Below are positions 17,821 through 20,000 of a stretch of 20,000 nucleotides of DNA, in pieces. The notes under the pieces are model-generated. The model had not been told where the DNA came from. It saw nothing but the letters and a program-made list of their open reading frames with translations, and did no database searches. Every line of letters begins with the position of its first letter. Position 1 is the stretch's first letter. Source of the DNA: Vicugna vicugna (taxonomy: Eukaryota); assembly GCA_013265495.1 (NCBI GenBank), contig MU061538.1:1547488-1567487 (forward strand), given 5' to 3'. The position numbers were made by a program, and so were the translations under genes.

Positions 17821-20000
17821 ACACAAAGGCAGAAACTGAGAACCACGGCAGGAGAGCGACTGCCGCCCAGAGAGAGCCCCCAGGTCAGGGGGAGAAGCCG
17901 ACCTGGGGCAGCACCTCCTTAGCACTCTGGGGCCCCCCTCAGTGCACCCCCGGGTAGCTAATGAGCGCAGGCTCCCTCTGGGAGTCCCAGAGATGCCAGG
18001 ACGTCAGCAGTAGCTGAGAGGTCAGGCTTGAGGCCGGCCCGTCCCGGAGGCCCGTCAACAAAGATGCCCCTGAATCTGTCTGAATGTGGTCCTGACTCTC
18101 TCAGGGAGTCAAGGAGCTCATGGAATCCTGAAACGCCGGTCAGGGTCAGTTATCTCAGCCCTCCGACCTCTCCCAGCCTCTGCAACTCTGGCCCTCGCTT
18201 CCTTCAGCTGCCGGAGGCCCCACGGGTCTTCTTGTAGAATGCAGGTCCCATGACAGCAAAGCCTCATCTCTGGTCCATCCCGTGTCCCAGGTGCATAAAC
18301 GGGGCCGGCGTGCATCCGTGGCTGGATGTGCATGAGTCAGACGGCTGGACCAGCCAGCAGAGCGAGCACGCGCCCCTCGACCGGTGCTCAGGAGACCAGC
18401 CTCATGTGATCCTAGTTTCCACCCTGGAAATAGTCACTCAGGGTGCCCCGAAGCCGTCCCTTCAACAGGTCCCATATCTCTAGCATCTGCCTCCTGTCTT
18501 CTGACTTTTGTTTGTCAAGCCTTCAGTTTCACCTGGAACCCCTTTCTGCAGATGTTCAAGTTCTCTGGACCAAGACGGGATGGAGTTTCCTAGTGAGGCT
18601 CTGACTCCCGGGAAGCTGAAGGAAGGGGAGTGCTCTCACGAAGACCTCAGTGGCCGCCCTCCCCTCTCTGCACCTCCAGTGACTGGCCTGTCCCTCCGGT
18701 CACCCCTGACCAGTCCCCAGCCTTCCCATCGGGCTGACCCTCCAGCAGCCCCCAGGTCTGCGGGGTCTCGAGTGTCCCCACCTCGCCTTACCCCAGCCCG
18801 AATCCCTGCTCCCGTTTTCTAGGTTGCTGAGCAGGACGGTCAGGATCTAGTCGGGAAAACAAACCCCCTCCAGGTTTTAGCAGAAAAGTCAACGTGAACA
18901 ATTGATGAACACGAGGATTTGACTAAGCAGGACTGGCTGGAGGCAGGAGGGGCCAGCGAGGAGGAACCGCGGGAAGCAGCTGCCACCCCAGGGAGGAGGC
19001 CGGGGCATGGAGAACCAAGGGGCTCTGGAGGGGGAGCCCAGCAGAGGGGCCGAGAGCTCCGAGCAGGCGGCCCAGCCACCGGTGCTGGGCTGGGCAGACG
19101 AGACAGCAGACGCGGGAGGGAGGGAGCTGGCAGTTTCCGGGGGATGCTGGCAGGAGCAGGAAGCCAACAGGCAGCGCATCCTTCTCCTCCGGCCTGCAGG
19201 CTCCCTCCAGACCCCCTGCCCGGGGAGCTGGTCCCTGCAGGACCCGAGGAGACAGACGCTGGCCGTCCCCTCGCACCCAGGGCCGAATCTGGGGGTGACG
19301 CTGTGAGAGAAGCGTTGGTCACTGATACGCAGTGTGTTTGGTCTTTCTCTTCTGAAGCGGGCACTGCTGGTGCCCTCGTCCCTTGGGTTCCTCCCTCCAC
19401 ATTCAGGCTACGCTGCAGTGGCCCTGCCAGCCAGCCCCCTTTCCTCAGGCAGCCTTTGGTGCCCACCGCAAGGGCTTCTCAGCCGGTGCAGGGCGGTGGG
19501 CAGGGCCACGTCCCAGCTCCCTCCGCACCAGCGGGTGGTCCTCAGGCTTTCCACTGCTCCTCTGACATTTCCAGCTGTGCCAGCCCCAGGGCATCCTCCC
19601 CATCTCAGAGACCCCGCTCCTTAACTTGTGTTTCCTGAGCGCTCCTTCCAAACCGTCTGCACCCAGCCCTTCCTTGGGGCCTGCTCTGCGGAGAACCCAC
19701 ATTCCCATGGGCCAGAAGCCCCTCTGCAGGGGCTCAGCCTCCGTCCCCTGTGCGGATCACGTGAGCCAGGGACCCATTGTAAGGGTTCCCCACGGTAGCA
19801 GGCTTGCTAGACTCGCGTGGAGAAGCTTAAGGTTGGTGGGTTTGGGGAACTTACTGGCTCGCGTTTATAATTTTGGCCCGTGTAAGGTCATTGTTCTGAG
19901 TCTGGTTGCTTCTCTGCTTTTGTGGGCAAGTCACTGTCTCGGTGTCATTTTGGTGAAAAAACGTAGCAGCTCAAAGAGAAGGCGGCTGTGACTCATCGCC

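Noticed and set aside
17297..19708. Long GC-rich ORFs (175-239 aa) on both strands
   Set aside because: They are low-complexity Pro/Ala/Gly/Arg translations that overlap in several frames, are expected at this GC content, and show no recognisable domain.
603..19995. Scattered AP-1 (TGASTCA) and partial CTCF-like motifs
   Set aside because: They are isolated and at about chance frequency, and the CTCF-like matches have core mismatches.

Overview
Mammalian, non-coding genomic DNA that is GC-rich and unusually CpG-retaining. It is most likely camelid, judged from a tRNA-Ala-derived Vic-1-like SINE at 14205-14303. I recognise no host protein-coding exon; the only recognisable peptides are decayed LINE-1 ORF2 C-terminal fragments. 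The window holds a ~720-bp hierarchical minisatellite, a MER58B-like DNA transposon, MIR/L2 remnants, four younger truncated L1s, an MLT1C-like LTR, and an old ~2.8-kb L1MC1-like element carrying nested insertions (SINE inside L1MB inside L1MC, plus another L1 3' end). Candidate regulatory elements are a dense GATA cluster (~3.7 kb), CpG-rich patches (~6.2, 8.3, 13.4 kb) and an RFX/E-box/GC-box promoter-like region (~16.9-17.8 kb). Repeat family names come from my recollection of consensus sequences, not from a search. I find no convincing evidence of a new biological system; the best leads are regulatory or concern repeat evolution.
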